Shown here one piece after another: positions 1 to 12,076 of a DNA stretch of 64,000 nt. The position numbers were made by a program, and so were the translations under genes. Below the pieces are notes generated by a model that ran no database searches, had not been told where the DNA came from, and saw only the letters and a list, made by a program, of their open reading frames with translations. Each line of letters begins with the position of its first letter. The stretch's first letter is position 1. This DNA comes from Acidimicrobiales bacterium (GTDB taxonomy: Bacteria; Actinomycetota; Acidimicrobiia; Acidimicrobiales; CAIXPF01): the NCBI GenBank assembly GCA_041394365.1, contig JAWKIM010000006.1, positions 470,590-534,589 of the forward strand. Direction: 5' to 3'.

Positions 1-428
1 CTACGGCTGGGGTGCGGCGTTCGGGGCGCTGGGCGGCGGGTTGCTGGTGATCGACACGCCGGTGGTGGGCGCCGACAACTACGACCTGTTCCGCAGCCTC
101 GGCTACTACGCGGCGGTGATGGTCGGCGGCGCGGCTTCGATGATCGGCGCCGTGTTCGGCGCGGCGCTGCTGGTCGGGGTGCCGTGGCTGATGGAGTCCT
201 ACTCGATCGGCGCCAGCCCGAACCTGGTGCTGGGCGTGCTGCTGGTGGCGTCGATCCTGGTGGCACCCGGCGGGTTGGCGGTGGCGGTGCGCGACTACGT
301 GGCCGGCCTGATCGACGTGCGCGATCCGCTGCAGGACCGGGGCGGGACCGACGCCGACGCGCGGTTCGCTCCGTCCCCATCGGGCGGGCCGCCAACCGAC
401 GTCGCGGCGGGGCCGTCGGGGCACTACG

Positions 429-454
<26 letters not shown>
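1..454 (+). CDS. Branched-chain amino acid ABC transporter permease (LivM-like), C-terminal fragment. The 5' end lies outside the window.
   Basis: Hydrophobic in-frame ORF running from the window edge, with a C-terminal permease-like sequence (…AVFGAALLVGVPWLMES…) and Actinobacteria-type codon bias. Confidence 0.45.
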
Positions 455-1747
<1,293 letters not shown>

Positions 1748-1759
1748 GGGAGGATTGCC

Positions 1760-2238
1760 ATGACCGTTCCCACGAGCAGCGACACCTGGACCGATCCGGG
1801 CGCGCAGGCCCGCAAGGCGATCCTCGACCGAACCCGCACGGTGGCCATGGTGGGCGCCTCATCCAACCCGGCGCGCCCGTCGTACTTCGTGGCCACGTAC
1901 CTGTTGAGCTCCTCCACCGATTTCGACGTGTACTTCGTGAACCCGCGGGAGACCGAGATCCTCGGCCGGCCGGTGTACCCGTCGCTCGAGGCGCTGCCGG
2001 TGGTCCCGGATCTGGTGGACGTGTTCCGCCGGCCCGAGGACCTGCCGGCGGTGGCGGCCGAGGCCGTCGCGGTGGGCGCCAAGACGTTCTGGGCCCAGCT
2101 CGGCCTGCGCTCCGACGCGAGGCGGCCCAGGCCGCGCACGGCGCCGGGCTCGACGTGGTGATGGACCGCTGCCTGAAGATCGAAGGCGCGCCCGTTTCCA
2201 CGGCGGTCTCCACCTGGCCGGGTTCGACACCGGTGTGA
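1760..2238 (+). CDS. CoA-binding domain protein (YccU/YneT family); one frameshift near 2110.
   Basis: The 133-aa ORF matches CoA-binding proteins (MVGASSNPARPSY…VDVFRRPEDLP…GAKTFWAQLGL). The conserved tail (EAAAQAAHGAGLDVVMDRCLKIEGA…) continues in the +1 frame to about 2238. Confidence 0.6.
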
Positions 2239-2825
2239 TCAGCGCCAAGCGTCGCCGGGTCTGAGGCGGTGACCGAGGGTTGCGCCAGCTGCTGGTGCTG
2301 CGCCACGCCAGTCGGCGTGGCCGGTGGAGGCGTGGCCGATGCCGAGCGTCCGCTGTCGAGCCGTGGTGAACGGGCGGCCGGCCCGTCGGCCGGTTCCTGG
2401 CGGTCAACGAGCTGCTGCCCGATCACGTGGCCTGCTCGCCGGCCGCCGCACCCGGCGAACGGCCGATGCGGTGCTGCCGGGCGGCGGCAGGCTTGCTTCG
2501 GCGTGGCCGTGTCGATCGAGGGCCCAGCTCTGACGGCACGACGTGTTCCAGGTGGTCGGGAGCTGCCCGACGAGGCCCGCCGGGCACTGGTGAGGTGGGG
2601 CACGAACCGGAGCTGGTGGAGTTGGTGCGCACGCTGTGCGGCGCAGACGTCCGCCTGCCCCGCAGGGCGCTGGCGGTCATCGAGCTGGAGGCGCCGTGGC
2701 CGCTGCAGCCCGCCGGCCGGGGGGTGCTGCGGGCGCTGGTGACCCCCAAGCTGCTCGGAACCGGCTCGTGGACTACGGTTCCGGCCGGAACGTGACGGCG
2801 CAGTCAACAAAGCAGGGGGTTACTC

Positions 2826-4103
2826 GTGCCCTACGAGTTCACCGAGAAGGGCCAGGACACGCTGGCCAAGGTCAAGTCGTTCATGGACGACTACATCTAC
2901 CCGGCCGAGGAAGAGTGGAATCGGCAGTACCACGAGGGTGGGCCGAACAGCTACCCGCCGATCATGGAGGACCTGAAGGCCAAGGCCCGCAACGCCGGCC
3001 TGTGGAACCTGTTCATCCCGCACCTCGATCCGGGTGCGCCCGGCACCAAGCTGTCCAACCTCGACTATGCGCCGATCTCCGAGCAGCTGGGCAAGGTCAC
3101 GTTCGCTTCGGAGACCATGAACAGCTCGGCGCCGGACACCGGCAACATGGAGATCCTCAACCTCTACGCCTCGGAGCGGGTGAAGGAGCGGTGGCTGTCG
3201 CCCCTGCTCGAGGGTGAGATCCGTTCGGCGTTCTCCATGACCGAGCCCGATGTCGCGTCCTCCGATGCCACCAACATCTCGCTGCGCATCGAGCGTGACG
3301 GCGACGAGTACGTGCTCAACGGGCGGAAGTGGTTCAGCTCCGGTGCGCTGTCGGACCGCTGCAAGGTGCTCATCGTGATGGGCAAGACCGATCCGTCGGC
3401 CGCCCGGCACCGTCAGCAGTCGATGATCGTCGTGCCCAAGGACACCCCTGGCATCAGCTTCGGCATGGATCCGCACGTGTTCGGCTACCAGGACCGCGGC
3501 GGCCACCCCGAGGTGATCTACAACGACGTCCGGGTGCCGGCCGACAACCTGCTGGGTGAGGAGGGCGGCGGTTTCGCCATCTCCCAGGCCCGGCTCGGCC
3601 CGGGCCGCATCCACCACTGCATGCGTTCCATCGGTGTGGCGGAGCGGGCCCTCGAGTACATGATCAAGCGTTCGCTGCAGCGGTCGACGTTCGGCACGCT
3701 GGTGGCCCACAAGGGTCTGATCCAGGACTGGATCGCCGAGAGCCGCATCGAGATCGACATGGCTCGCGAGTACGTGCTGCGCTGCGCCCACCTGATGGAC
3801 ACCGTCGGCAACAAGGCGGCCGCCACCGAGATCAGCGGCATCAAGGTGGCCATCCCCAACATCACCCTCAAGGTGGTGGACCGGGCCATCCAGGTGCACG
3901 GCGCCGGCGGCGTGTCGCAGTACTTCCCGCTGGCCCACATGTGGGCCCACCAGCGCACGCTGCGCATCGCCGACGGTCCGGACGAGGTGCACAAGTTCAC
4001 CATCGCCCGCCGCGAGATCCTCAAGCACGCGCCGGACTTCAAGATCATGGGCGGCGCGGCCTCGTCGTCGTCGGCCGACCCGCAGGTGTTCATGCGCCCC
4101 TGA
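2826..4103 (+). CDS. Acyl-CoA dehydrogenase family protein (ACAD10/11-like).
   Basis: Full-length 425-aa ORF with GTG start, acyl-CoA dehydrogenase N-terminal, middle and C-terminal signatures (SAFSMTEPDVASSDATN…, GGGFAISQARLGPGRIHHCMRSIG, RIADGPDEVHKFTIARRE) and no frameshift. Confidence 0.9.
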   Translation: MPYEFTEKGQDTLAKVKSFMDDYIYPAEEEWNRQYHEGGPNSYPPIMEDLKAKARNAGLWNLFIPHLDPGAPGTKLSNLDYAPISEQLGKVTFASETMNSSAPDTGNMEILNLYASERVKERWLSPLLEGEIRSAFSMTEPDVASSDATNISLRIERDGDEYVLNGRKWFSSGALSDRCKVLIVMGKTDPSAARHRQQSMIVVPKDTPGISFGMDPHVFGYQDRGGHPEVIYNDVRVPADNLLGEEGGGFAISQARLGPGRIHHCMRSIGVAERALEYMIKRSLQRSTFGTLVAHKGLIQDWIAESRIEIDMAREYVLRCAHLMDTVGNKAAATEISGIKVAIPNITLKVVDRAIQVHGAGGVSQYFPLAHMWAHQRTLRIADGPDEVHKFTIARREILKHAPDFKIMGGAASSSSADPQVFMRP

Positions 4104-4137
4104 TCGGCCGCTCGGGGCCGAGCTCGGTCCGTTGGTG

Positions 4138-4174
4138 CCGGGGGACCTGTCCGCAGTGGCGGCGGGTCCCCCGG
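4138..4174. terminator. Perfect 10-bp stem hairpin (CCGGGGGACC…GGTCCCCCGG) between the convergent ACAD and hydrolase genes; probable bidirectional terminator.
   Basis: The inverted repeat was read directly from the sequence, and it sits between convergent stop codons at 4103 and 4188. Confidence 0.5.
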
Positions 4175-4187
4175 CCCGCGTCCGGGG

Positions 4188-5144
4188 TCAGCGCAGACGG
4201 GCGGCGACCGATCCCAGCGCCTCGATGATGCTGTCGGCCCAGAGCCGGGGTTGGCGGATGAACACGTCGTGGTCGGCCTCGAGATCGAAGCGGACGGCGC
4301 CCAGCGCCTCCGCCAGCGCCACCTGTCGGTGGGGGCGGACCAGGCGATCCCGCCGGGTGGCGACCACGGCGGCGGGCAGCCGCAGGGCTTCGGCGGTGCG
4401 CTGGCCGTCGAAGCGGGACAGCGCCCGCCCGGCGCCGATGGCGTCGGTGCTGTTGAGCCGCTTGGCCTCGGCCAGCAGCTGGGAGCGGTAGCGGGCGACC
4501 AGGTCGTCGCCGGCGGCCATGTCGTCGATGATGCGGTTGGCCACCTTGGTGTCGCCGCCGAGGCGCAGGGCCACGCCGATGGCGCCGAGGGTGCGCCACA
4601 GCAGGCGGTCGGTGCGCCGGCGGTTCCACTCGAGTGCGGTGGCGGCGAGCACCAGGCCGTGGACGAGGTCGGGCCGCCGCCGGGCGAGGAACAGGGCGAT
4701 GGGGCCGCCCATCGAGTAGCCACAGGCGATGAGCGGCTCGGCCGCGAGCTCGTCGCCGAGGGTGTCGAGCACGGCGGCGGCGTCATCGGCGGCGGCTTCG
4801 AGGGCGAACGGCCGGTTGGTGCGCAGGCCCCGACCGTGCCCACGGTGGTCGAGGGCGATCACGTTCCAACCGGCGGCCAGCGGTTCGTACAGGGCGAACC
4901 AGTTCAGGTCGGCGCTGGCCAGCCAGCCGTGCAGGAGGAGCACGGTGGGCCGTCCGGGCCGCTGCTCGCCGACCCGTACGAACGTCTCGCCCCGTCCCGG
5001 CAGGCTGACGATGCGCGCCGCCGGCAGGTATGGGGTCGCCGGATCGACGTCGGTATCGCTGGTGGGGGCTCCGGCCTCGGTGGGGGCTCCGGCTTCGCTG
5101 GGGGCTCCGGCTTCGGTGGGGGGCTGATCGGGCACGCTCCAGGT
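4188..5144 (-). CDS. Alpha/beta-fold hydrolase. Its N-terminal linker contains three 18-bp tandem repeats encoding (E/S)AGAPT.
   Basis: Carries the nucleophile-elbow motif GYSMGG and HGW…LDHRGHG. The annotated 489-aa ORF over-extends upstream; the likely GTG start lies near 5144, after the repeat region at 5057–5110. Confidence 0.75.
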   Translation of the reverse strand, partial: TWSVPDQPPTEAGAPSEAGAPTEAGAPTSDTDVDPATPYLPAARIVSLPGRGETFVRVGEQRPGRPTVLLLHGWLASADLNWFALYEPLAAGWNVIALDHRGHGRGLRTNRPFALEAAADDAAAVLDTLGDELAAEPLIACGYSMGGPIALFLARRRPDLVHGLVLAATALEWNRRRTDRLLWRTLGAIGVALRLGGDTKVANRIIDDMAAGDDLVARYRSQLLAEAKRLNSTDAIGAGRALSRFDGQRTAEALRLPAAVVATRRDRLVRPHRQVALAEALGAVRFDLEADHDVFIRQPRLWADSIIEALGSVAARLR

Positions 5145-5182
5145 TGGCACGCGCCCGGCGGCCGGGGGCTCGCCGGGCGGCG

Positions 5183-5938
5183 TCAGTTCCGCAGCCAGAG
5201 CTTCATCTCGGCGTGCAGGTCGTCGTAGAAGCCGGCGAACTGCTTGCGCAGGTTGCTCGCCGGCCAGCCCGCCGGGCACAGGCCGTCGGGCAGCAGCGGA
5301 TCCTCGAGCAGGTGGCGGAGGGTGGCGGCGGCCACCATGAACCGGCCGGCCAGGTCGTCGGTGTCGTGGAGGGCGTCGATGAGTGCCTCGGCGCGCGAGG
5401 CCCACGCCGGCAGGTCCCACAGCTGGGCCACGAGCGCGTCGCGGGGTACGCCCACGGGGGCGTCGGCCACGAACACGGTGCACTGTTCGGCGATGGGCGG
5501 GGGCAGGTGGCGCACGCCGAGGTTGTCGGGACGCAGCCAGACGCCCTCGCGGAACTCGCCGAGCCGCTGGCCGGTCATGGCCTGGCGCAGGGCGCTGCGG
5601 TCGGCGGCGCTGCGCGATGCGGGGTTCACCACGGCGAGGTACCACCGGCCGCTCCATGGGACCCGGGAGTCCACCCGGCTCTGCTCCTGGCGGCGCTGAC
5701 GGTCGACGAGGCGGGTGGAGAGGCGGTACCGGCCGTTCTCGAGGGTGACGTCGCCGGCGGTGACCATGCGGGACAGCGCGGTGCGGGCGGCGCCCTCGGT
5801 GATGCCGAACAGCTCGGCCACGGCCACGAGCTTGGCCACCGGGAGTCTGGGAGGATTGGTGCCGAGGAGGACCGACAGCATGACCGATCGGGCGGTCAAC
5901 GGGCGCAGGCCCAAACGGGCATTACGAGATTTCGTCAC
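5183..5938 (-). CDS. PaaX-family transcriptional regulator.
   Basis: The 251-aa ORF has a PaaX-like N-terminal wHTH (SVMLSVLLGT…ALSRMV) and a PaaX_C-like C-terminus. It is divergent from the desaturase gene, with only about 27 bp between the annotated starts. Confidence 0.75.
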   Translation of the reverse strand: MTKSRNARLGLRPLTARSVMLSVLLGTNPPRLPVAKLVAVAELFGITEGAARTALSRMVTAGDVTLENGRYRLSTRLVDRQRRQEQSRVDSRVPWSGRWYLAVVNPASRSAADRSALRQAMTGQRLGEFREGVWLRPDNLGVRHLPPPIAEQCTVFVADAPVGVPRDALVAQLWDLPAWASRAEALIDALHDTDDLAGRFMVAAATLRHLLEDPLLPDGLCPAGWPASNLRKQFAGFYDDLHAEMKLWLRN

Positions 5939-5965
5939 GTGTCTTGGGAAGTGTAAGGTCGAAAC

Positions 5966-6965
5966 ATGGCTTCCATCGCAACCGTAACGCTGCGGAACAG
6001 TATGGTCCCAGCCCGGTCGATGCTGCCCGATGTTCTACCCACGGATCGACTCAATGCGCGTGCAATGGCGAAACCGCCGTTGCGTGACGAGCTCCGTCGC
6101 ATCCGCAACGGGCGCTCGGCGGCGGCGGTGGCGTCGATCGGGGCCCAGCTGGTGGCCATCTACGCCGGTGCGATCTGGTGGGCCAACCCGCTGGGCTACG
6201 CACTGGCGTTCGTGCTGCTCGGCCGGGTCATCGTGTGCATGAACATCCAGGGCCACGAGGCGGTGCACCGCACGCTGTTCTCCAACAAGGCGGTGAACGA
6301 CTGGGTCGGGCGGTGGCTGCTGTCCTACCCGGGCGTTCGTGGCCTTCGAGCTGTACCGGCGCGGGCACATGGCCCACCATCGCGATGAGCTGGGCCCCGA
6401 CGAGCCCGACCTGGCGCTGTACCGGGGCTATCCGATCACCCGGGCGTCACTGCGCCGCAAGCTCGTGCGCGATGCGGTGGGGATCTCGGGCTGGAAGATC
6501 TTCAAGGGTCTGGTGCGGGGGTTGCGCAAGCCGCGCACCCGTCCGATCGCCGCTCGCATCCTGGGGACGCAGGTGGTGTTGCTGGCCGTGGCCACCGCCT
6601 TCGGCCGGCCGGAGCTGTACCTGCTGTGGTTCGGGCCATGGATGACGCAGTGGCGGGTGACCAACCGGCTGCGGGCGCTGGCCGAGCACGGCGGCATGAA
6701 GCAGTCGACCGACCGGCGCGAGACCACCCACCAGGTGCGCCAGTCGCCCGTGGCCCGGTTCTTCATGGTGCCGTACCACGTGGGGTTGCACCTGGCCCAC
6801 CACGTGGACATGGGCGTGCCGTGCTGGAACCTGCCGAGGCTGCACCGGGAGCTCCGGGCGTCGGGCTGGCTGCCCGACACCCTGATCTACCCGACCTACC
6901 GCTCGCTCTGGCGCCAGCTCAGCTCCCGCCCGGCTGATGCCGCAGAGGCTTCGAGGCGCGCCTGA
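5966..6965 (+). CDS. Membrane fatty-acid desaturase family protein; one frameshift at about 6355 (extra G in CCGGGCG).
   Basis: Three histidine boxes are present (GHEAVH; HMAHHRDE; HVGLHLAHH). The ORFs 5966–6388 and 6339–6965 join as …LLSYPAFVAFELY… when one G is removed. Confidence 0.8.
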
Positions 6966-7249
6966 CGCAGCCGGTTTCGCACCCAGCGCAGACGTCGAGA
7001 CTTTTAGGACTCAACCTGCACGTTGTTGGAACGGCATTAGCAGACGACGACCGGGGCAAACCCTAAAGATATGAGACTCTGACGACGAAGCCCTTGCACG
7101 TTACGTCGTGCATGCGGGAGGGCTGCAGTCGTGGTCCAGCAGGAAAGGAGCAATCCGTCAGCTGCGCACTGGGCATGGCGCACGGCCGCTTCTGCGGGGT
7201 CCTCTGGACATCCGTCCATGCGCTGGGGTGGCTGGGACCGCTCAGCCCT

Positions 7250-9370
7250 TGACGCAGGTGCTGTCGCTCCTCATGCCAGTGGCCGCCATCATTATGGCGC
7301 TTCGCATCTACCGGCCGCGTTCGGTGGCCGTGGTTGATGCTCGTGCTCAGCTTCGTCGTGTGGTTTATGGGTGGCGCCCTTCGCACGGTACTGGACGATG
7401 GGAGACCTGACGGCCGACAGGTCTCTCTTGCCGGATGCCGCGACGATCCCGGGTTATGTACTCGCCGCTGTCCTGTCTCGGGTTCAACAGGGCCCGAAGC
7501 CGCCGACATGATCTCGACGCCCTGCTCGACGGCGTTATCCCTGCACTCGTCGCTCTGCTCGGGGCGTGGGTGTTCCTGATCGGGCCAGCACTCGCAAAGG
7601 AACACGTTCCATTGCGAGTGAGGCTGGTCCTTGCCTGCTACCCGGCGATGTCGGTGCTCGTGTTGGCCATGGCAGCCCGAGTGGGCTTCTTGGGCAGTCA
7701 GCGCTCGGTTGTAGCCGTCAGGCTCTTTGTCGGAGCTGTTGTATGCGTTTTGGCTGGTGACGTGCTCTATATGGTCGCCGACGCGCATATCGCGGCAGTC
7801 CCTCTGCTGGTGATCGACGTCCCATATGTCGGGGCGTCAATCTGCGTGGGCCTCGCGGCATTGCACCCCACCATGCGCGAACTCACTGAACCTTCGCCGC
7901 TGGACGAATCCGCGCCGAGGCCGCTGGCGGATACTGCTCGTGTCGGCGATGCTTGGTCTGCCGGCGCTGGTTGCGGTCACGAGGCCGCGGGACGGGTGCA
8001 GACGGGCTGTTCATCGTCGGGCTCATCGGCGCGTTCACGGTCATGGGGACATGGCGGGTCTTCAGGGCATTGCGGGACCACGCGGCGGTTGAACGTCGCT
8101 TGCTGCACCAGGCAACCCATGACTCCGTGACGGGCCTTCCGAACCGGCTCTATGTAATGGAACACCTCGCCGCCGCCTTACGAACGCGCTTCGGAAGAGC
8201 GATCGGTGGCCGTGATCTTTGTCGATATTGATCGGTTCAAGCTCGTCAACGATACAGGCGGTCATAGCGTCGGCGACCAAGCCCTTCGGGCTGTTGCAAG
8301 ACGGATGTGGAAAACACCGCTCCTGGCGACATCGTGGCGCGTCGGTGGAGATGAGTTCGTCGTAGAGCACAGGTGCGTCAGCTTGACGCATGCGCATGCG
8401 CTCGCCGAGCGTCTGCACCAATCGTTTCAGACGCCGTTCACCATCGAGGAACAACAGATCTTCACCTCAGCCAGCCTGGGTGTGTCGTTCGCTCAGCACA
8501 ATGACGCTGACGCAACGGGGGATACGCTCCTACGCAATGCCGACATCGCAATGTATGAGGCGAAGCAGGCGGGCCGGAGATGGTGTCGCGGTCTTTGATG
8601 AGTCCATGAGCGACCGCGCCGCAGAAAGGGTCGCGCTCGAACAGGAGTTGCGAGTCGCACTTGTAGCGAGCGAGATCCACGCCAACTACCAACCGATCGT
8701 CGATTCCAGCGGTCAGAAGAGTTGTCGGATTCGAAGCACTCATGCGATGGCAGCATCCTCAGCGGACTTGTGCCGCCGGTGAAGTTCGTTCCCATTGCTG
8801 AAGAGAATGGTCTCATCGTTGAGTTCGGACTATTCATGCTGAATGAGGCTTGCAGAGAGTTGGTGCGCTGGCGCCGCCTACCCGGACACGATCGACTTAC
8901 CGTCTCCGTGAACCTGTCGCCGCCTCAACTTCGTGACAGTGATCTCGTGAGTGCAGTAGATGCCATCCTCGGTAGGCACGGACTGCCAGGTGATGCTCTA
9001 TGCCTTGAACTGACCGAATCGGTATTGATGGAGGATCCGGAACGAGCCGAGGAGATGCTAAGGAAGCTGCGAGCCCTGGGTGTAAGGTTATCGATCGACG
9101 ACTCCGGCACAGGCTATTCGTCGCTAGCCTATCTCAAACGATTTCCAGTGAATCAGGTCAAGATCGACAAGTCGTTTGTCGACGGGCTCGCCGATCCAAA
9201 CTCTTCTGAGGCATCGCTGGTGGCAGCGATCATCGCTATGGCCAGGGCACTCAATCTTACAACGGTCGCCGAGGGGGTCGAGTTGCCTGTCCAAGCCAAG
9301 GCTCTCGAGGAACTGGGGTGTGATAGATTCAGGGACTTTGTTTTTCGCGGCCGGTCATGGCACACCTGGT
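7250..9370 (+). pseudogene. Membrane-sensor GGDEF-EAL (diguanylate cyclase/phosphodiesterase) gene, broken by at least seven frameshifts. It lies in a low-GC (about 60%) island.
   Basis: A multi-TM N-terminal region is followed by a GGDEF domain (HDSVTGLPNR…, FVDIDRFKLVND, RVGGDEFVV) and an EAL domain (YQPIVD, LELTES, DDSGTGYSSLAYLKRF, KIDKSFV, AEGVE), distributed over at least six ORFs in three frames. GC content is visibly lower than in the flanks. Confidence 0.8.
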
Positions 9371-9441
9371 GCCGCCGACGATCGAACGCTCGAAGAAGCT
9401 TCGCGCATCACAACGAAGCCATCGGTGTTACCGAACCCCGC

Positions 9442-10254
9442 TTACCGCGCTGCGTCGTTCCTCGCCAGCGCCTCGATGATGTCGCCAGGCACGAGCCCGC
9501 GGACGGCAGGCTCGAAGTAGCTTGCCAGGAACATGACGCCCAGTGCAGCGTCGCCCGTATCTGCGAGGCGGCGGCGGAACGCAGGAACGTCCGTCCAAAC
9601 TGGGAGTGTTGCGGGGGAATCCAGATACTGGCGTGCTTCGAACCCGGCCAGCGCTGAGAACGGCCTGCCGCAGAGATGCTGGACCACTCTGAGCGCCTTG
9701 GTGTCCATGAGGGCAAGCGCGATTTCGGTGCCGACGGTGCCCGTCACGACGCCCATCGACCCGATGGTCGCTTGAACCAGGAAGGCCTTGCGGTACGCAG
9801 GTTCAACCGCAAGCGTGGCGCAGTCCCAGAGTCGTGTTGGGTCGGCCTTCAGGCCGGCCGCGTGAAGGGCGATCGGTCCCGGAACCCCCCAGATCCGAGC
9901 GAGATCGTCCATTGTCTTCCATCCGAGGCCACCGGGACCGATCAAGCGGGTGGCGGCAACAGGGATCAGCCGCTTGTGATCGATGATGCACGTGAAAAGA
10001 CTCGAAAACTCGTAGGGGGCATACTCGCTCGACATCACCGCTGGCCCATTGCCATACGCATCATCGAAGACGCGCCGCTCCACGGCCCGTGCGAGCTCAG
10101 CGCCATCGTCTTGTGAGGCGAAGACGTAGAGGCCGAAGGGCTGCTGCGGGCTGCCCTGACGCATCATGACCTCGTACGCGATGGACTTCAGATGCTCCTG
10201 CGTGAGGTCGATCCCGCCGGAGGGTTCGTCGGGGCGTAGCCTGTCGCTTCGCAT
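9442..10254 (-). CDS. Hypothetical protein of about 270 aa (possible GNAT/LuxI-fold acyltransferase; uncertain). It is operonic with the AdoMetDC-like gene.
   Basis: Intact ORF with its start 5 nt after the upstream stop. I recognise no confident motif; the real start is probably the internal Met MRSDRL… of the 327-aa ORF. Confidence 0.45.
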   Translation of the reverse strand: MRSDRLRPDEPSGGIDLTQEHLKSIAYEVMMRQGSPQQPFGLYVFASQDDGAELARAVERRVFDDAYGNGPAVMSSEYAPYEFSSLFTCIIDHKRLIPVAATRLIGPGGLGWKTMDDLARIWGVPGPIALHAAGLKADPTRLWDCATLAVEPAYRKAFLVQATIGSMGVVTGTVGTEIALALMDTKALRVVQHLCGRPFSALAGFEARQYLDSPATLPVWTDVPAFRRRLADTGDAALGVMFLASYFEPAVRGLVPGDIIEALARNDAAR

Positions 10255-10259
10255 GGCGG

Positions 10260-10634
10260 TCAGAACGGTCGCCCGACGATGGCCCGGGCGTCGAAGAACC
10301 GTGCGGTGTAGTCGATGGCGACATCGGCGTCGAACGCCTTGCAGGTGTACACGTCCACGCTGAAGAACAGCTGCGGCTGCTCCCACGCATAGAAGTGCGC
10401 ACCAGACGTCTCCCAGTGGATCCAACCGGCCCAGCCGAACCGATCGGACCGGTGGGTGACCGGACGGGTGAGGGTGACCATGTCGCAGACTCCCGATAGT
10501 CCGAGCAGGTACGACTCGATCGCTGCCGCGTCGATCGGCGCAGTCGGGATACCTTCGATAACGAGCCGTTGACGGAGAATGGTCGGCGCGAGGTCCACGA
10601 AAAGTGGTGAGTCGGCTGCTGTCTGCTGCATCAC
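10260..10634 (-). CDS. S-adenosylmethionine decarboxylase-like (SpeH/SpeD small class) family protein.
   Basis: The 124-aa ORF has a pattern GWAGWIHWETSGAHFYAWEQ…FFSVDVYTC, resembling the AdoMetDC processing and active region (ESH…HTWPE…AVDVFTC). Confidence 0.55.
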   Translation of the reverse strand: MMQQTAADSPLFVDLAPTILRQRLVIEGIPTAPIDAAAIESYLLGLSGVCDMVTLTRPVTHRSDRFGWAGWIHWETSGAHFYAWEQPQLFFSVDVYTCKAFDADVAIDYTARFFDARAIVGRPF

Positions 10635-10858
10635 GTCGTCACCCTAAACAGGGGTGATCGATCCGACGCCTTGATCCCCGTTAGTTATTCGGCCGAGCGA
10701 TGCAACTGTGTTCACCCAAGCGGACCATGTCATCGGCAATGGGCGAAACCCCTAGTCCGTCGCCACAGCCCCGAGGCGAGGGCAACGGTTCGCCGGGCGT
10801 TCGCCGTGCATCGGAAGGGGATCTGGTAGGCGGATGTCGCACCGGCGAGCGCGGATGG

Positions 10859-12063
10859 TCAGTGCGGGAGCTCGGGGGCTCGGTGCTCGGCACCGGCTTC
10901 GGCGGCGGCGCGGACGGTTCGGTAGGGGCGATCGAGAGCCAGGGCGGCAGCGGCGACGTCGTCGTGCTCGGCCTTGGCCCCCCAGGGGCCGTGCTTGACC
11001 CGAACGTCGTGGCCGTCCACCTGGACGGTCACCACCCGTCGAGGGGCCACCCAGCGGTCGACCAGCCGTTGGCGCACGCCCAGCGTGCCGGTCTCCCTCG
11101 CCAGCAACGAGCGCAGCTCCGCCGCCCGGCCCGGCTCGCACAGCACGCTGACCAACACCGCCGGTCGGGACTTCTTCATGGTGATCGGCGTGTGCCACAC
11201 ATCGAGTGCGCCCCGCTCCAGCAGCAGCTGCCCGACGTAGCCCAGCAGCTCACCGGTAACGTCGTCGAGGTTGGTCTCCAGCAGGCAGACGGTCTCGAGG
11301 TGGCCGGCCTCCGGCGCGGCGCCGGCGTGCGTCGCGGAACCGGCGGCGTCCACCACCACCACCACCACCTGCAGCAGGTTCGGGCGGCCCGGCGGTTGCG
11401 GGTGCCGGCGCCGTACCCAGTGGTACGAACGACGCCGTCGGGCACCGGGCCCCACCCCGTGGTGAGCGCCGCCACCAACGCAGCACCGGTGGGCGTGGTC
11501 AGCTCCATCGGCACGTCCACCCCCCGCACCGGCGCACCCTCGAGCAGGGCGGCCACCGCCGGCGCCGGGTTGGGCAGCACACCGTGCGCCGCCCGGATGG
11601 TGCCCACACCCACGGCGACGGGCCCGCAGCGGACCTCGTCGATGCCCAGGTCCTCGAGCGCCAGTGCCACGCCGACGGTGTCGATGATCGAATCGACCGC
11701 GCCCACCTCATGGAAGTGCACGTCCTGGGGGTCGACCCCGTGCAGGTGGCCCTCGATCTCGGCCAGCCGCCGGAACGTGGCCACCGCCCGCTCGGTGGCG
11801 CGGGCCGGCAGCCCGGCACCGGCGATGCGCTCGATGATGTCGGCCGCCCGGCGGTGGTGGTGCTGCTCCTCCACGCCCACCCGCACGTGCACGCCCCGCA
11901 GCCCGGCTCGGTCCACCACCGCCGACCCGAGCGACCAGCCGTCGTAGCCGAGGCGTCGGCAGCCCGCTTCCACCGCGGCGAGGTCGGCGCCGGCGTCGAG
12001 CAGGGCGCCGAGCGCCATGTCCCCGGCGATGCCGGCGAAGGGGTTGAACCAGGCGATCCGCAT
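10859..12063 (-). CDS. larC: LarC-like nickel-insertion protein (DUF111, nickel-pincer cofactor biosynthesis); one frameshift near 11390 beside a (CCA)6 run.
   Basis: N-terminus MRIAWFNPFAGIAGDMALGALLDAG. The C-terminal half (RPNLLQVV…ETNLDDVTGE…MKKSRP…) is in a second frame within the ORFs 11176–12063 and 10859–11455. Confidence 0.8.
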
Positions 12064-12076
12064 CAGTCGTCCGTCC

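Noticed and set aside
2240-2825. ORFs 2269–2742 and 2427–2795 between the CoA-binding gene and ACAD as a possible degraded gene (…PELVELVRTLCGADVRLPRRALAVIELEAP…).
   Set aside because: No recognisable domain, overlapping alternative frames and no convincing start. This may be a remnant, but the evidence is insufficient to call it.
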